From Berkelbacteria bacterium GW2011_GWE1_39_12 (lineage in GTDB: Bacteria; Patescibacteriota; UBA1384; UBA12157): a stretch of DNA of 64,000 bases. Positions within the stretch are counted from its first letter, which is position 1. Each line of letters starts with the position of its first letter. Of the stretch, positions 63,033 through 64,000 are shown one piece after another. A model generated the notes under the pieces. It was not told the origin of the DNA. It ran no database searches and saw only the letters and a program-made list of their open reading frames with translations. A program made the position numbers and the translations under genes. Location: NCBI GenBank assembly GCA_001029735.1, contig CP011213.1, forward strand, positions 140,087 through 204,086. Direction: 5' to 3'.

Positions 63033-63200
63033 TTGATTTATAGTAACCATTCAAATAACATAGGTAAGTGGTTTCGATGTCCCAATTGCTCGAATTACTC
63101 CCTTACGCCAATGGAATGTTGCGGCGAAAATATGGTCGAAGAGCATGAAGAAGAAGTTGAAAATGAAAGTCTAATCATTGTTTACGACGACGATTTCTAA
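63033..63200 (+). CDS. Desulforedoxin/rubredoxin-like small metal-binding peptide
   Basis: CPNC-x9-CCGENM, acidic tail; SD GAGGAGGTG before TTG 63033. Confidence 0.6.
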   Translation: MIYSNHSNNIGKWFRCPNCSNYSLTPMECCGENMVEEHEEEVENESLIIVYDDDF

Positions 63201-63337
63201 GAAAAACTGTAAAAAATTACATGTTTTTTACATCGATTTGAACCTGTTTTTTGTGAAATTTCACAAAGCAATTTAAAAACTTTACTGTAAAATAGAATTT
63301 GGGTTTCTAAAAAGTTATTTTGAAAGGAGCTATCTCG

Positions 63338-63823
63338 ATGAAGCAATCGAGCGGCAATACACAGAATTTTATCATCCCCCCAAAGAGTAGGTTTATCAAG
63401 CCTTCTTCTATCGACGGCGAAAAAATCTCTTACCTCAAAGAGCTTGAACAAATTCGTCAGAGCATCGAAAAAGGTGAGGAAAAAGTAGTAATAGCCACCT
63501 TCAAAAATACACCCAAAGAAATTATTGAAAAGTTAAAAAACAAAAAGATAGATTACAGGAAGTTAGTTCAAGAAAATAAAGTTGTGTTCGTTAATTTTGC
63601 ATCAGCTATTCCTTTGCAAGAGGTAAGTAACAACTACAACCTTTTCCCAATCACCATGAGAATAGAAATGGCGATCAAAAAAAACAACGCGTCAAAAGTT
63701 ATCCTTTGTGAAACTGATAGCCTAAAAAAACAGTTTCCGAGTAAAAATATTGATTTCGAACTTGAGCAAATATTATCAAAATTAAAGGTACAAAAAGTAA
63801 ATGTTAAAAGCTATGAAAACTAA
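63338..63823 (+). CDS. Degenerate single-domain KaiC/RecA-like protein
   Basis: EKVVIATFKNTPKEII, KLVQENKVVFVN, RIEMAIKKNNASKVIL resemble KaiC segments; no intact Walker A/B; SD AAAGGAG. Confidence 0.55.
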   Translation: MKQSSGNTQNFIIPPKSRFIKPSSIDGEKISYLKELEQIRQSIEKGEEKVVIATFKNTPKEIIEKLKNKKIDYRKLVQENKVVFVNFASAIPLQEVSNNYNLFPITMRIEMAIKKNNASKVILCETDSLKKQFPSKNIDFELEQILSKLKVQKVNVKSYEN

Positions 63824-64000
63824 AGCCCCACAAGAAATACTGCTATTTGATAACGAAAATTCCGTCTACTTAGCCGCGGGTATTGACGATTTCAAGAAAA
63901 TCGTGGTATCATTAGCTAACTTATCGCCGGTCAGGACAAAACTAATCGATATTACTAAACAACCAGAACTTGCAGAAAAATACTGCATCACTGTTTTTCC
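63813..64000 (+). CDS. KaiB-like thioredoxin-fold protein, truncated by window end
   Basis: Own translation MKTKAPQEILLFDNENSVYLAAGIDDFKKIVVSLANLSPVRTKLIDITKQPELAEKYCITVF(P); no CxxC; overlaps the preceding stop. Confidence 0.6.
   Translation, partial: MKTKAPQEILLFDNENSVYLAAGIDDFKKIVVSLANLSPVRTKLIDITKQPELAEKYCITVF

Overview
AT-rich chromosomal segment of a Patescibacteria/CPR-like bacterium (standard code 11; short EF-Ts, short UvrC, ProRS without the large editing insertion, rpsB-tsf-frr without pyrH, divergent 16S). Most core genes lie on the minus strand: clpP/tig, a glycolysis cluster (tpiA-fba-pfkB...gap...pgk) containing a monomeric [FeFe]-hydrogenase, uvrABC, proS/rseP/frr/tsf/rpsB, gatCAB, htrA, ligA and htpX; rpmE-prfA-prmC is on the plus strand. 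There is a stand-alone 16S rRNA gene plus tRNA-Ala(UGC) and tRNA-Ile(GAU). Self-contained orphan genes and three DUF11-bearing glycan-active surface proteins are interspersed. The most unusual signals are: (1) an intact tRNA-Ile nested inside the split 5' and 3' halves of a second copy, with a long inverted repeat able to sequester its 3' end; (2) a two-gene secreted Asn/Asp beta-repeat system (soluble subunit plus membrane-anchored partner) resembling a functional amyloid or filament, followed by a desulforedoxin-like peptide and a degenerate KaiC/KaiB-like pair; (3) four tandem KGG stress peptides and two STAS proteins lacking the phospho-Ser; (4) signal anchors reachable only by non-canonical starts; (5) a recurrent pre-ATG motif and in-frame palindromic insertions in core proteins. 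All family calls are by eye from motifs; no searches were run.
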